Positions 50,454-61,865 of a stretch of 64,000 nt of DNA are shown piece by piece (within the stretch, counting starts at the first letter, position 1; the number at the start of each line of letters is the position of its first letter). Position numbers and translations under genes: made by a program. The DNA comes from Deinococcota bacterium (GTDB lineage Bacteria > Deinococcota > Deinococci > Deinococcales > Thermaceae), in contig JBGFRI010000046.1 in assembly GCA_041695225.1 (NCBI GenBank), positions 1 through 64,000 of the forward strand. The letters run 5' to 3'. The notes beneath the pieces were generated by a model, which worked only from the letters and a program-made list of their open reading frames with translations, ran no database searches and had not been told where the DNA came from.

Positions 50454-51974
50454 ATGGTCGAGCTCGATAAAGGGCTAAGCCTGGAGGAGTTTGGGCAGGT
50501 GGTGCGGCAGGGGGCGCCGGTGCGGCTGGCAGACGCTGCCAGGGAGCGCACCGACCACTGCCGGGCTTTTGTGGAAGAGCTGGTTGCGCTGGGCGAGCCA
50601 GTATATGGCCTGAATACCGGCTTTGGCCGACTGTCCAGCGTGCGGGTCGAGAGTAAGGATCTCAGACTGTTGCAGCGCAATCTGTTGCTTTCCCATGCCA
50701 TTGGGGTGGGGGCGCCCTTTCCCGGCGAGGTGGTGCGCGGCATGCTGCTGCTACGGGCCCAGAGCCTGGCCCTTGGCTACTCTGGGGTGCGCGCGTTGGT
50801 GGTGGACTACCTGCTGGAATTCCTCAACCGTGGCATCAGCCCGCTGGTTCCTTCGCAGGGCTCGGTGGGGGCTTCGGGCGACCTGGCCCCACTTTCCCAC
50901 ATGTGCCTGCCGCTCTTGGGCGAGGGTGAGGTGGAGTACCGGGGCCAGACCCGGCCCGCGGGCGAGGTGCTGCAGGAGGTGGGCTTAGAACCCCTGGAGC
51001 TCGAGGCCAAGGAAGGGCTCGCCCTGATCAATGGCACCCAGGCCATGACCTCCTTGCTGGCCCTGTTGCTGCTGGACTGCGATACCCTGCTCAAGACTGC
51101 CGATATCGCACTGGCCATGAGTGTAGAAGCCCTCAAGGGCAGCCACCGTCCCTTCGAGGAGGCGGTGGCCCAGCTGCGCCCCCACCCCGGTATGGCGGCA
51201 GCCAGCGCCAACCTGCGGCGCCTGCTGCAAAACTCGGAAATTATGCCTTCGCACGCCGACTGCGACCGGGTGCAGGATGCCTACTCGCTGCGGGCGGCCC
51301 CCCAGGTGCACGGGGCCAGCCGCGATGCCATCGCCCATGTGCGGGAGATAGCGCTGCGCGAGATGCAGAGCGTGACTGACAACCCCCTGGTCTTTCCCCA
51401 TGAAAAACGCACCATTTCGGCAGGCAATTTTCACGGTCAGCCATTGGCCCTTGGCGCCGACTATGCCGGCATTGCCATCGCCGAGCTGGCCAGTATCTCC
51501 GAGCGGCGCATTGAACAGATGCTCAATCCCGCGCTTTCCGGACTGCCTGCTTTTCTGGCAGTGGGTAGCGGCCTCAACTCGGGCCTGATGATCAGCCAGT
51601 ACACCGCCGCCGCCCTGGTGAGCGAAAACAAAGTGCTCGCTCACCCGGCCTCGGTGGACTCTATTCCCACCAGCGCTAACCAGGAGGACCATGTCTCTAT
51701 GGGAACCATTAGCTGCCGCAAGGCCAGGGCTATTTTTGAAAATGCCTTATGGGTACAGGCCATAGAGCTGGCCTCGGCTGCCCAGGCCCTGGATTTTCAC
51801 GCCCCACTGCGGCCCGGCAGGGGGGTCGAGGCAGTTTGGAGACGAATCCGGCAGGAGGTGCCCCACCTGGACCGGGACCGTTACCTGAAGCCCGAGCTGC
51901 TACGCATCTGCGAACTGATTCGTTCGGGTGAGCTGGTCTGGGTGGCAGAACAGGCGGTAGGCAGTTTGAGCTAG
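50454..51974 (+). CDS. hutH: Histidine ammonia-lyase
   Basis: [14 protein letters not shown] (MIO), QDAYSLR, GNFHG, QEDHVSM. Confidence 0.98.
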   Translation: MVELDKGLSLEEFGQVVRQGAPVRLADAARERTDHCRAFVEELVALGEPVYGLNTGFGRLSSVRVESKDLRLLQRNLLLSHAIGVGAPFPGEVVRGMLLLRAQSLALGYSGVRALVVDYLLEFLNRGISPLVPSQGSVGASGDLAPLSHMCLPLLGEGEVEYRGQTRPAGEVLQEVGLEPLELEAKEGLALINGTQAMTSLLALLLLDCDTLLKTADIALAMSVEALKGSHRPFEEAVAQLRPHPGMAAASANLRRLLQNSEIMPSHADCDRVQDAYSLRAAPQVHGASRDAIAHVREIALREMQSVTDNPLVFPHEKRTISAGNFHGQPLALGADYAGIAIAELASISERRIEQMLNPALSGLPAFLAVGSGLNSGLMISQYTAAALVSENKVLAHPASVDSIPTSANQEDHVSMGTISCRKARAIFENALWVQAIELASAAQALDFHAPLRPGRGVEAVWRRIRQEVPHLDRDRYLKPELLRICELIRSGELVWVAEQAVGSLS

Positions 51975-52010
51975 GCGGCCTCAGAGTCTCCACAGCAACG
52001 GATTTTTCTC

Positions 52011-52295
52011 GCCATTGCGACCCTGAGGCGTAGCCGAAGGAGCCTGCCCTGAGCCTGCCGAAGGGGAAGCAATCCAGATCACCCCGTCGGCCAATGGCTT
52101 TACGACCCCTTCCTGGATTGCTTCGTCGGCCTGTGGCCTCCTCGCAACGACGAGGTGGGGGCGACCTGCAACCCGAGACATTCCATTAGCCCATAGCCAA
52201 TGGCTGATAGCCGATAGCTTTTGACCTTTGACCTTGGACCTGCGACCTGAGACCTGAGACATCAAACATGGCCTCCTCGCAGCGACGAAGGATGG
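52011..52295. repeat. Composite repeat: palindromic element with nested CCCTGAGC motif plus heptamer arrays
   Basis: gccattgcga..gaagcaatcc..ggattgcttcg..ctcgcaacgac, then tagccga/tgacctt units and a second ggcctcctcgc end. Confidence 0.8.
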
Positions 52296-52359
52296 CCTGC
52301 AACCTCCTCATAGTATGGTGGAAGCGGGGCTAAAACACTCAGGAGTAAAAAGCGCGCTA

Positions 52360-54243
52360 TTATTCTTCCAGCGTACTTAAGTCGCCGGGGTCGCGCCCCA
52401 TTTCCTGGGCCTTGAGCAGACGGCGCAGGATTTTGCCGCTGCGGGTTTTGGGGAGTTTGTCAAGAAAGACTAGATCGCTAGGGGTAGCGATGGGGCCAAG
52501 CTCGAGGCGCACATGCTGCACAATCTCAGCCTTGAGAGTCTCGGTTCTTTCCCGCCCAACCCGCAACACCACAAAAGCCTTGATGTTCTCGCCCTTTATG
52601 GGGTCAGGCACGCCAATTACGGCCGCTTCGGCAATAGCCGGGTGGGAGACCAGGGCGCTCTCCACGTCGGCAGTGCCGATGCGGTGACCGGCTACATTGA
52701 GCACATCATCCGCCCGGCCCAGCACGGCAAAGTATCCTTCGGCCGTTTTGCTGGCCACGTCTCCTGCGGCATAGAGGTTGCCAGGAATTTCAGTCCAGTA
52801 CTGGGTATAGCGGGCGTGGTTGCCCCAGATGGTGCGCATCATATGGGGGAAAGGCCGCTTGAGGGCTAGCAATCCTCCGGTTCCTGGCGATACTTCTTTG
52901 CCGTCGGCGTCTACTACTAATGCTTCCACGCCGGGAAGTGGAACTCCTACAAAACCCGGCTTGGCTTCCATAACCAATGGGGTTCCCAGGGTAGGGCCGG
53001 CCAGCTCGGTCTGCCACCAGTTATCGGCCACAAAGCCACGCTTTCCCCCGTCCATAAGGTATTCCACCGCCCACTGCCAGGCCTCGGGGTTGAGTGGTTC
53101 GCCCGCCACCCCAATAAACCGTAGTGATGAGAGGTCGTGCTTGGCGGGCCACTGCGGGCCAAACTTCATGAACATGCGCACCGCGGTGGGAGCGGTGAAA
53201 AGTACGTTTACCCGGTAGCGTTCAACGGCCTGCCATATAGCGCCAGGGTCAGGATAGTCGGGAGCGCCTTCACGCAGAATGCTGGTCACGCCTGCTAGTA
53301 GCGGCGCATATACAATGTAGCTGTGGCCGACAATCCAGCCGATATCCGAGGCGGCCCAGTATACATCGGACTCCTTAACGTCGAAAAAAGAGTGCAGGTG
53401 GTAGGCCGTGCCGACCATGTAGCCGCCGTGCACGTGCACCACTCCCTTAGGTTTGCCGGTGGAGCCCGAGGTGTAAAGAATGAACAGCGGGTGTTCGCTC
53501 TTTAGCGGAACAGCCTCGGTTTCGGGACCGTGCGACCATAGCAACTGGTTGAACTCGTACAAACCTGGGCCAGTGGGCGCGGCCTTGCTGCGGCAGAACC
53601 AGACCGTAGGCACCTCCAGGTCTTCGGTGGCCTGGAGCACGATGGACATAAGATCTACCGGTTTCCCGCGGCGGTAGCTGACATCCCCCGCAATCAGCAG
53701 CCTGGCCCCGGCATCCATAATGCGCTCCCGCAGCGCCGAGACTCCCAGCCCGGCATACACCACCGAGTGAATCGCGCCGATGCGAGCGCAGGCCAGCATG
53801 GCAATAATCCCCTCGAGGGTCAGGGGCATATAAATGATCACGCGGTCCCCGGTCTGAACTCCCAGACTTTGCAGCCCGGTCGCAAAGCGCGAAACCCGGT
53901 CAAGTAACTCGCCGTAGGTAAGCTTTTGCTCGCTACCGTCCTCGGTCAGGGAAATTAGGGCCACCTGGTTGCGTCTGGGGCCCCCGACATGGCGGTCGAG
54001 GGCGTTGTAGGTGATGTTGGTGGTACCCCCCACAAACCACTGGTGATCGGGAAAGTTCCACCGGAGCACCTGGCCAAAAGGCTCAAACCAGTGAAATTTC
54101 ACGGCCTGCTGGCCCCAAAAACCCTCTGGGTCTTGCAGGCTGTAGGCATACTCGGCAGCGAAATTGGGGATGTTGGCGTTTTGCCTTTGTTTAATGGGCG
54201 CCAGATAGCTAACCTTCGACTTTAGTAGTTGCTCGAGTTCCAC
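52360..54243 (-). CDS. acs: Acetyl/propionyl-CoA synthetase (AMP-forming)
   Basis: [28 protein letters not shown]. Confidence 0.92.
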   Translation of the reverse strand: MELEQLLKSKVSYLAPIKQRQNANIPNFAAEYAYSLQDPEGFWGQQAVKFHWFEPFGQVLRWNFPDHQWFVGGTTNITYNALDRHVGGPRRNQVALISLTEDGSEQKLTYGELLDRVSRFATGLQSLGVQTGDRVIIYMPLTLEGIIAMLACARIGAIHSVVYAGLGVSALRERIMDAGARLLIAGDVSYRRGKPVDLMSIVLQATEDLEVPTVWFCRSKAAPTGPGLYEFNQLLWSHGPETEAVPLKSEHPLFILYTSGSTGKPKGVVHVHGGYMVGTAYHLHSFFDVKESDVYWAASDIGWIVGHSYIVYAPLLAGVTSILREGAPDYPDPGAIWQAVERYRVNVLFTAPTAVRMFMKFGPQWPAKHDLSSLRFIGVAGEPLNPEAWQWAVEYLMDGGKRGFVADNWWQTELAGPTLGTPLVMEAKPGFVGVPLPGVEALVVDADGKEVSPGTGGLLALKRPFPHMMRTIWGNHARYTQYWTEIPGNLYAAGDVASKTAEGYFAVLGRADDVLNVAGHRIGTADVESALVSHPAIAEAAVIGVPDPIKGENIKAFVVLRVGRERTETLKAEIVQHVRLELGPIATPSDLVFLDKLPKTRSGKILRRLLKAQEMGRDPGDLSTLEE

Positions 54244-54360
54244 AGCGGGCCTCCATTGAAGCTTATTTTTTCAGAGGTAACGGGGGACAAATGCCGCTGA
54301 CAGCCTTTGATTGTTCATACCACCACAACGGGCTTATCGTCTGGCCAGACCGATCAGTGC

Positions 54361-57012
54361 TCAAAGCTCCAGCGTAGACAGGTCTCCGGGGTCGTCGCCA
54401 AGTTCCTGGGCTTTGAGCAGGCGGCGCATGATTTTCCCACTCTTGGTCCGGGGTAGCTGGTCTATGAACTCTACTTCGGTGCGCAGACCGGTGTTGCCCA
54501 GCTGGCGCCGCAGATGGGCCTGGAGCTTGGCGGCTAGAATATCGCGCACCTCGAGGCTGGTCTCGCGGGTCTTGAGCACCACATACACCTTGATCACCTC
54601 GCCAAGCTCTGGCCTGTTCACGCCAACCGCTGCGGCCTCGGCCACCGCCGGGTGCGAGAGCATGGCTCCCTCGATCTCCGCTGTGCCAATGCGCAGATCG
54701 CCCGCTTTTATCACATCGTCTGAGCGGCCTAGCAAGGCAATATATCCATCGTCATCTTGTACCGCAATGTCGCCGGAGGCATAGCAACCAGGGATGCGGC
54801 TCCACTGTTCGGTGTAGCGGCCCGGGTTATTCCAGAAGGTTCGCATGAAGTGAGGGAAGGGGTTGCGAATCACCAGATGCCCTTTCTGGCCAGGGGGTAG
54901 CTGGTTTCCCTGAGCGTCCACCACAGCCATCTCTACCCCGGGTAGTGGAAAACCAGCCTTACCAGGCTTGGCTGGCAGGCAGAGGGGGGTGGACAGACAA
55001 GGACCGCCAGTCTCGGTCTGCCACCAGTTGTCCACTACATGAGCCAGGTGGTTTGCAGTCCAGTGCCAGACCTCGGGGGCCAGGTACTCGCCGACGCTAG
55101 CCACCAGGCGCAAATCGGAGAGCTGGGCTTGCTTGGCCCAGTCTTCGCCGTGCTTGCGTAGGGTGCGCAGCCAAGTAGGGCTGATGATGAGCACGTTTAC
55201 ACCACAATCTTCCAGGGTTTTATAAAAACTGCCAGCATCCGGGTAGTCCAGCCGCTCGGCCCGCAGGACGGTGGTCAGCCCTTCCAGCAGGGGGGCGTAC
55301 AGGCCATAACTGTGTCCCACAATCCAGGACAGATCGGCGGTGGCCCAGGAGACCTCGCCATCCTTAAGGTCAAACAAGGTACGAAGGTGATAGGTGATGC
55401 CGACCATGTAGCCGCCATGAACATGCACCACTCCCTTGGGCTTGCCGGTAGAGCCCGAGGTAAACAGGATGAAGAGGGGGTGTTCGCTATCAACCGGCAG
55501 GGCCGGTGTGGTGGGCTGGTGTGCTTCGATCAACTTCCAGAACTCCAGCGGCCGTACCTCACCGGCCCGGCTAAACCAGAGCACCGGCAGGTCCAGACCC
55601 TGGGTGGCTTCCTCGACCAGGCTGGCGAAGGGTATGGTTCGCCCTCCGTGATGCATACAGTCGGCCGCTACCAGTAAGCGGGCCCCGGTGTCTTCCAGGC
55701 GTTCGCGCAGGGCCGGGCTGCCCATGCCGGCAGGAACTGCCACATGCACCGCCCCAATGCGGGCGCAGGCCAGAAAGGTCAGGGCCATTTCCAGTCCAGT
55801 CGGCATGTAGACTGCAACCCGGTCACCGGCCTGAATGCCCAGCGAACAGAGCCCCCCGGCCAGGCGCGAGGTAAGGTCGCGAAGCTCGCGATAGGTTAGC
55901 TTGTGCACACTTCCATCGCCCGCCAGGGCAATCAGGGCTAGCTGGTTGCGCTTTGGGCTGTCGGCGTAACGATCCAGCGCATTGTAGGTGACGTTGGCGC
56001 TGGCGCCGCAAAACCAGCGGTGGTGGGGAAATTCCAACTGCCGTACCTGTGTCCAGGGGGAGAACCAGTGAAAGCGCCTGGCCCAGTCTTCCCAGAAAGC
56101 CTCGGGGTGATCCAGGCTGCGCTGGAACTCGACGTGATAATCCTGGAGATTCAGACTGGCTAACAGTCCAGCTGGCGCCCATACCGGGTTCTCCTCGCTG
56201 GATGTGCCCAGTGGGCAGGTCTCGGCTGAAGCCAGAGTCTGGGGCTCGTCTAAGGTGGGCTGCACCAGTAAGTCGGCATGGCTGGAAGCCGCCCGGGCCA
56301 CGTCTTGCGCTGCGCCGGCCAGCCGGGTAAATGCGTAAGGAAACCGCCTCGAGGGCACCACTACCCCAAAAGACCCCACAACCCGACCATCGCTGCCAAA
56401 AATGGGGGCCGCCAGCCCCGAGATGCCGTCGGCGTACTCCTCCATCTCCACCGCAAAGCCCATCTGCCGTACCTTGCAAAGCTCTTCTTCCAGCGTCAGC
56501 GGGTCGGTGATGGTCAGGTGGGTAAAAGCCTGCAACTCCTGCAAGTGGGGCGCCAGTTGCTCGGGGTCCAAGTAAGCCAGCACCGCTTTGCCCAGCGCCA
56601 GGGCGTGCAAACCCTTGGTAATCTGGTCATCCAGACCTGGCGGCTTGGGCAAGCCCTGTCGTCCTCGAGTGGTCAGGCGCAGCCTGCCCTGGCGGTCCAG
56701 CAGCGCCAGGTAGGTGCGCTCCCTGGTGCGCAGATAGAGCTCTTCTAAGGCATGAGAGAGTTTTCCCGGGTCAGGCAGGCCTGCCGGGACTGGCTTGAGC
56801 GCAGTACCAGTATTGGCCAGCCGATAGGTGCTGCCCTCCCGCACCGCAAATCCCTCCGAGACCAGACTTGCCAGCAAAGCATAGGCGGTGGACAGGCTTT
56901 TGCCTAAGAAAGCTGCCAGCCGGGCTGCCTCCACCCCTTCAGGGTGTTCGGAGAGGTAGGCCAGCACCCGTAGTGCGGCCTGAACGGTGGTAAGCTTTCG
57001 GCTCTGTGCCAT
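54361..57012 (-). CDS. IclR-family regulator fused to an acyl-CoA synthetase
   Basis: N-terminal IclR HTH (SLSTAYALLASL) and effector domain (ALGKAVLA, GLAAPIF), then [25 protein letters not shown] in one frame. Confidence 0.9.
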   Translation of the reverse strand: MAQSRKLTTVQAALRVLAYLSEHPEGVEAARLAAFLGKSLSTAYALLASLVSEGFAVREGSTYRLANTGTALKPVPAGLPDPGKLSHALEELYLRTRERTYLALLDRQGRLRLTTRGRQGLPKPPGLDDQITKGLHALALGKAVLAYLDPEQLAPHLQELQAFTHLTITDPLTLEEELCKVRQMGFAVEMEEYADGISGLAAPIFGSDGRVVGSFGVVVPSRRFPYAFTRLAGAAQDVARAASSHADLLVQPTLDEPQTLASAETCPLGTSSEENPVWAPAGLLASLNLQDYHVEFQRSLDHPEAFWEDWARRFHWFSPWTQVRQLEFPHHRWFCGASANVTYNALDRYADSPKRNQLALIALAGDGSVHKLTYRELRDLTSRLAGGLCSLGIQAGDRVAVYMPTGLEMALTFLACARIGAVHVAVPAGMGSPALRERLEDTGARLLVAADCMHHGGRTIPFASLVEEATQGLDLPVLWFSRAGEVRPLEFWKLIEAHQPTTPALPVDSEHPLFILFTSGSTGKPKGVVHVHGGYMVGITYHLRTLFDLKDGEVSWATADLSWIVGHSYGLYAPLLEGLTTVLRAERLDYPDAGSFYKTLEDCGVNVLIISPTWLRTLRKHGEDWAKQAQLSDLRLVASVGEYLAPEVWHWTANHLAHVVDNWWQTETGGPCLSTPLCLPAKPGKAGFPLPGVEMAVVDAQGNQLPPGQKGHLVIRNPFPHFMRTFWNNPGRYTEQWSRIPGCYASGDIAVQDDDGYIALLGRSDDVIKAGDLRIGTAEIEGAMLSHPAVAEAAAVGVNRPELGEVIKVYVVLKTRETSLEVRDILAAKLQAHLRRQLGNTGLRTEVEFIDQLPRTKSGKIMRRLLKAQELGDDPGDLSTLEL

Positions 57013-57217
57013 ACTGAGCTCCCGGGGTCAGGGCGTACTTGTAGCATATCAAGCGTTGTCGCCAAAGTTAGCATCAACGCCAGTATCTCCCGTACCAAAC
57101 CTGTCAGAAGCCAAATTTTTGGCAAACCTTTCGGCAGGCCTGGCGCTATTATGGTTTCCCTGCTCCGTGGTCTCAAGTAATTAGGCAATTCCGATTATTT
57201 GCAAAACTCGAGCTTTC

Positions 57218-57246
57218 TTGACTGTCTTGTCAATTCCCCCTACATT
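57218..57246 (+). promoter_or_regulatory. Sigma70-type promoter of acs overlapped by a TTGAC-N6-GTCAA palindrome
   Basis: TTGACT-17 nt-TACATT. Confidence 0.7.
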
Positions 57247-57328
57247 TACTGGTGAATAAGGAATGTTTGGCCAAATAGCTACAGTCTTGTAGTTTCTTTG
57301 GGGTTTTAGATCCAGAAAGGAACGGGTT

Positions 57329-59278
57329 ATGGATAAAATCGAAGCTGTCCTCAAAGAAGATCGGGTCTTCCAGCCTTCCGAGGAGTTCAGACGATCGGCC
57401 CGGCTGAGTAGTCTGGAAGAGTACCAGGCGCTCTACCGCGAAAGCCTGGAAAAACCTGAGCAGTTCTGGAGCCGTATCGCTTCCGAACTACACTGGTTCA
57501 AACCCTGGGACAAGGTCTTGGAGTGGGACCCTCCTAATGCCAAGTGGTTTATCGGCGGCCAGATCAACCTGTCTTACAACTGCCTGGACCGTCACCTGGC
57601 CACCCGAGGGAACAAGGCCGCTATCATCTCCGAAGGAGAGCCGGGTGACTCACGCATCCTCACCTACCAGCAGCTGCACCGCGAGGTGTGTAAGTTTGCC
57701 AATGTGCTCAAGAGTCTGGGGGTGGGCAAAGGTGACCGGGTCACCATCTACCTGCCCATGATTGCCGAGGCCGCCATTGCTATGCTGGCCTGTGCCCGCA
57801 TCGGGGCCGTGCACTCGGTGGTGTTTGGTGGTTTCTCGGCCTCGGCTCTGGCCGGTCGGATCAACGATGCCCAGGCCAAAGTGCTAATTACCGCCGATGG
57901 GGGCTTCCGCCGGGGCAACGTGGTACCGCTAAAGGCCAACAGCGACGAAGCCCTGGCCGATACTACCAGCATCCAGCAGGTGGTAGTGGTGAAGCGCGCC
58001 GGGAACCAGATCGCCATGGAGCCGGGCCGCGACCACTGGTACCACGAGCTAATGGCGGGCGCCTCGGCGGTGTGTGATCCGGAGCCCATGGATGCCGAAG
58101 ACCCGCTTTACATCCTGTATACCTCGGGCTCCACCGGCAAACCCAAGGGCGTCCTGCACACCAATGGGGGTTATTCGGTATTCACCTACCTTACCACCCA
58201 GTACGTCTTCGATCTCGGGGAGTCTGACACTTACTTCTGCACCGCCGATGTGGGCTGGGTTACCGGCCACAGCTATGTGCTTTATGGCCTGCTGCAAAAC
58301 GGCGCCACCACCCTGATGTACGAAGGTGCTCCCAACAGCCCCGACGAAGGCCGCATCTGGAGTATCATCGAGAAATATAGCGTGAACATCCTGTATACTG
58401 CGCCCACCGCCATCAGAGCCTTCATGAAGTGGGGCGAGCAGTGGCCGCGGAAATACGACCTGTCCAGCCTGCGCTTGTTGGGCACGGTAGGCGAGCCCAT
58501 CAACCCCGAAGCCTGGCTGTGGTACTACAAGGTAATTGGCAAGGAGCGCTGCCCCATTGTGGATACCTGGTGGCAGACCGAGACCGGGGGCATCATGATT
58601 ACCACCCTGCCCGGGGTGCACGCCATGAAGCCAGGGCATGCGGGTCTGCCCCTTTTTGGTGTGCAGCCCGAAATTGTGGACACTTCTGGCCAGCCTATCC
58701 GCAGCCCCGACGAAGGTGGGCACCTGATCATTCAAAAACCCTGGCCCTCCATGCTGCGTACGGTCTGGGGCGACCCTGAACGCTTCGAGCGGCAGTATTT
58801 TGCCCAGTATCCCGGCAACTATTTCACCGGCGATGGGGCCCGGCGCGACGCCGATGGCTACTATCTGATTCTGGGTCGGGTGGACGATGTGCTCAATGTC
58901 TCGGGCCACCGCCTTGGCACCATGGAGGTGGAGAGCGCCCTGGTCTCTCACCCCGCGGTAGCCGAAGCCGCAGTGGTGGGCCGCCCCGACTCCATCAAGG
59001 GGGAGGCCATTGTAGCTTTTGTCACCCTGAAGACCGGTCAGACTCCCAGCAGCGAGCTGGTCGGTGAGCTAAAAGCCCACGTGGTAAAGGCCATTGGGGC
59101 CATTGCCCGCCCCGACGAGATCCGCCTGACCGATGCCCTGCCCAAAACCCGCTCCGGCAAGATCATGCGGCGCTTGTTGCGGCAGGTGGCCTCGGGCGAG
59201 GAGCTCAAAGGCGATACCAGCACCTTAGAAGACATGGGTGTGGTGGAGCGTTTGCGGGCCATGTCGGCGCAGCCCTAA
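57329..59278 (+). CDS. acsA: Acetate--CoA ligase
   Basis: [41 protein letters not shown]. Confidence 0.96.
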   Translation: MDKIEAVLKEDRVFQPSEEFRRSARLSSLEEYQALYRESLEKPEQFWSRIASELHWFKPWDKVLEWDPPNAKWFIGGQINLSYNCLDRHLATRGNKAAIISEGEPGDSRILTYQQLHREVCKFANVLKSLGVGKGDRVTIYLPMIAEAAIAMLACARIGAVHSVVFGGFSASALAGRINDAQAKVLITADGGFRRGNVVPLKANSDEALADTTSIQQVVVVKRAGNQIAMEPGRDHWYHELMAGASAVCDPEPMDAEDPLYILYTSGSTGKPKGVLHTNGGYSVFTYLTTQYVFDLGESDTYFCTADVGWVTGHSYVLYGLLQNGATTLMYEGAPNSPDEGRIWSIIEKYSVNILYTAPTAIRAFMKWGEQWPRKYDLSSLRLLGTVGEPINPEAWLWYYKVIGKERCPIVDTWWQTETGGIMITTLPGVHAMKPGHAGLPLFGVQPEIVDTSGQPIRSPDEGGHLIIQKPWPSMLRTVWGDPERFERQYFAQYPGNYFTGDGARRDADGYYLILGRVDDVLNVSGHRLGTMEVESALVSHPAVAEAAVVGRPDSIKGEAIVAFVTLKTGQTPSSELVGELKAHVVKAIGAIARPDEIRLTDALPKTRSGKIMRRLLRQVASGEELKGDTSTLEDMGVVERLRAMSAQP

Positions 59279-59399
59279 CAGTGTCCGAAAGAGAGGAGAG
59301 ACCAGTAGAGTCGCTAAGAGCAGATTAGGACATCCAGATGGCTTCTTTGGAAAAATCGGTCTTGGCTAGGTGAAAGTGAAATCACGGGAGGTAAGAGAT

Positions 59400-60656
59400 A
59401 TGACTAGTTTACCAGCAGGAAGTCAACCCGTAATCTCGAGGTGGAGCATCCCCGTCGCAGGGCTCTTTCTCACTTTGATGGGCGGCATCGCCTATGCCTG
59501 GGGTGTTTTCGTGGTGCCCCTGCAGACAGCCTTTGGCTGGAGCAGGGCCGACGCGGTGCTCCCGGTATCCGTCTTTCTGGTAACTTATGCTGTTGTAGGC
59601 ATGCTTCTGGGCGGGTACTTGCAGGACAAATTTGGCCCGCGAAGAATTATCATCTTGGGGGCGATTTGTTTCTTCGTTGGCTATGCTCTGGCTGCGCAGG
59701 TGCACCACCTACCATATGTCTGGTGGCTAGTGCTCACCTACGGGCTAATCGGTGGGGCTGGGTCTGGCTTTGTTTATAGCGCGGTTATTCCGACTTGCAG
59801 AAAATGGTTTCCTGACAGAACTGCGGTCGCTGTGGCTATAGGCGTGACCGGCTTTGGTCTGGCAGCGGTCTTTTTTGCTCCGTGGCTTAGCCATCTGCTT
59901 GGCACCATCGGCATCGGTAGCACCTTTCTTGTTCTGGCTGCTATAACCTCTGCGGTCTCACTGGTTGGGGCCTGGATCTACCGCCTGCCGCCAGCGGGCT
60001 GGACTGCCCCGCAAGGGAAGGAGGGTCAGCCGGCAGGCTCGACCATCATGCTGGCCCCCAGGACCGAGAAGACCCTTGCCGAGGCCATGAAGACCCCTCT
60101 GTTCTATTTGCTGTGGCTGGGGTTCTTTAGTGTAATATTTGGCGGCTTGATGGCCATGGCCCACCTAGTTCCATACGGAAGGACTATTCTGGGTTTGGAA
60201 GCGCCTGTAGCCGCCCTAGCGATGGTTTTTTTCGGGCTAACCAACGGCTTCGGCAGGATAGCCGCCGGCCTGCTGGCCGAAAAGTTTGGCCCGGCCAACG
60301 TAATGCTGGGGTCTTACGTTTTCGTGGGGCTGGGGTTCTTGCTGTTTAACACCTTGGCCCTGACGGCTGGAACGCTGTACTTCTTTGCATTTCTATTTGG
60401 CTGGGGCTTTGCAGTCACCCTGGGGCTGTTCCCAACCCTGACAACCGTCTCATTTGGGGTAAAGAACCTGGGCGCTGTTTATGGTGCAGTGATTACCGCC
60501 TTTGCCGCTGGCGCTTTCTTTGGCCCCATGGTGGGGGGCTGGGCCTACGACGCCACAGGAACATACGTCACACCGTTTGCTATGGCCGGGACATTTGCCC
60601 TATTTGGATGGACCCTTGTTCTCCTGGCTTACAAACTGAAGTACAAGCTGCCATAA
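59400..60656 (+). CDS. OFA-family MFS transporter (oxalate/formate-type monocarboxylate)
   Basis: YAWGVF, QDKFGPR, KWFPDR, GFG, NGFGR, FG.KN.G..YG; GGAGG RBS. Confidence 0.85.
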   Translation: MTSLPAGSQPVISRWSIPVAGLFLTLMGGIAYAWGVFVVPLQTAFGWSRADAVLPVSVFLVTYAVVGMLLGGYLQDKFGPRRIIILGAICFFVGYALAAQVHHLPYVWWLVLTYGLIGGAGSGFVYSAVIPTCRKWFPDRTAVAVAIGVTGFGLAAVFFAPWLSHLLGTIGIGSTFLVLAAITSAVSLVGAWIYRLPPAGWTAPQGKEGQPAGSTIMLAPRTEKTLAEAMKTPLFYLLWLGFFSVIFGGLMAMAHLVPYGRTILGLEAPVAALAMVFFGLTNGFGRIAAGLLAEKFGPANVMLGSYVFVGLGFLLFNTLALTAGTLYFFAFLFGWGFAVTLGLFPTLTTVSFGVKNLGAVYGAVITAFAAGAFFGPMVGGWAYDATGTYVTPFAMAGTFALFGWTLVLLAYKLKYKLP

Positions 60657-60944
60657 GTTCAAGTAGCCAAAACCGATCTGGGGTGGTCTGTGGTTTCACA
60701 GGCCACCCCATTGCCATGAAAGTGACGCCAGGCTGAGTTTTATACGTTCTCACTGCTAACATTAGAGCATGGTTTGCAGGACATGTTCGGCGGGGTTTTT
60801 GGTTCTGCCCGGGAGCCCCCGGTGTAAGTGTTGTCAAGGCTAGTCTGTGGCGGCTTATATGTGGTTCCGAACCGACCTCTGGGGACATCAACCTCAAGTA
60901 TTCACCAGCTGTTTCTGAAGGGGCCGTGCAGGGCAGCTTAGGGG

Positions 60945-61841
60945 TTGCCGGAAAGGCTTGGGAGAGTGGTTAAAGTGAGATCTGGTCGCAACCCTGTTCC
61001 CACCACCAAAAACCGCCCCAAAGCCAGAGCCCGAACCTGGCTATTCAGGGTAGAGGGCGAGCAGGTCTACCCACGTTCCGACCAGATTGTTACCGAGGAG
61101 CCGCTGGAAATACGGCTGGTTGCGGGTGAGCTAAGGCAGACCCTGGCAGTGACCATGCGCACCCCGGGCAACGACTTCGAGCTGGCGGCCGGCTTTCTAT
61201 TTGCCGAGGGGCTGGTCGGGCGCCGGGAAGAGATCCGGCGTATCGCCTACTGCACCGACCAGGATGAGCCGCAGCAGTACAACATTGTCAATGTCGAGCT
61301 GTGGGCTAACACTTTACCCAACCTAGCCCCGCTCGAACGGCACTTCTACACCACCTCGGCCTGTGGGGTATGCGGCAGGGCGGGACTTGATAATTTGCGT
61401 TTGCGCTGTTCGAGGCTCGAGTCCTCGCTGCAGGTATCCGCCCAAACCATTGCCACCCTACCCCATACGCTAAGGGAACATCAGGGTCTGTTTGCACAAA
61501 CCGGCGGGCTGCACGCAGCGGCCCTTTTCGACCAGAACGGTAATCTGATCCAGGTAAGGGAAGACGTTGGCCGCCACAATGCGCTAGACAAGCTGGTGGG
61601 CTGGGCTCTGCTGGAAAACCGACTGCCCCTCACAGAGTGCCTGGTTCTGGTGAGTGGGCGGGCCTCTTATGAGCTGGCGCAAAAAACCCTGGCGGCTGGT
61701 ATCCCCATTCTGGCTGCTATCTCGGCCCCCAGCAGCCTGGCGGTTGAACTGGCCAGAGAGTTCAACCTTACCCTGATCGGGTTTTTACGGGGGTCATTCA
61801 ATATTTACAGTGCAGCAGAACGTATCATTTTTCCCCGGTAA
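60945..61841 (+). CDS. fdhD: Formate dehydrogenase accessory sulfurtransferase FdhD
   Basis: EEPL, TMRTPG, CGVCG, EDVGRHNALDK, SAPSSLA; true start may be a GTG at 60966-60975. Confidence 0.95.
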   Translation: MPERLGRVVKVRSGRNPVPTTKNRPKARARTWLFRVEGEQVYPRSDQIVTEEPLEIRLVAGELRQTLAVTMRTPGNDFELAAGFLFAEGLVGRREEIRRIAYCTDQDEPQQYNIVNVELWANTLPNLAPLERHFYTTSACGVCGRAGLDNLRLRCSRLESSLQVSAQTIATLPHTLREHQGLFAQTGGLHAAALFDQNGNLIQVREDVGRHNALDKLVGWALLENRLPLTECLVLVSGRASYELAQKTLAAGIPILAAISAPSSLAVELAREFNLTLIGFLRGSFNIYSAAERIIFPR

Positions 61842-61865
61842 CCAGGAGTGATGTTACCGCCCAAT

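Noticed and set aside
60860..60965. Possible Moco riboswitch before fdhD (gccGGAAAggc hairpin)
   Set aside because: Only one small hairpin matches and other conserved elements are not evident; needs an Rfam covariance search
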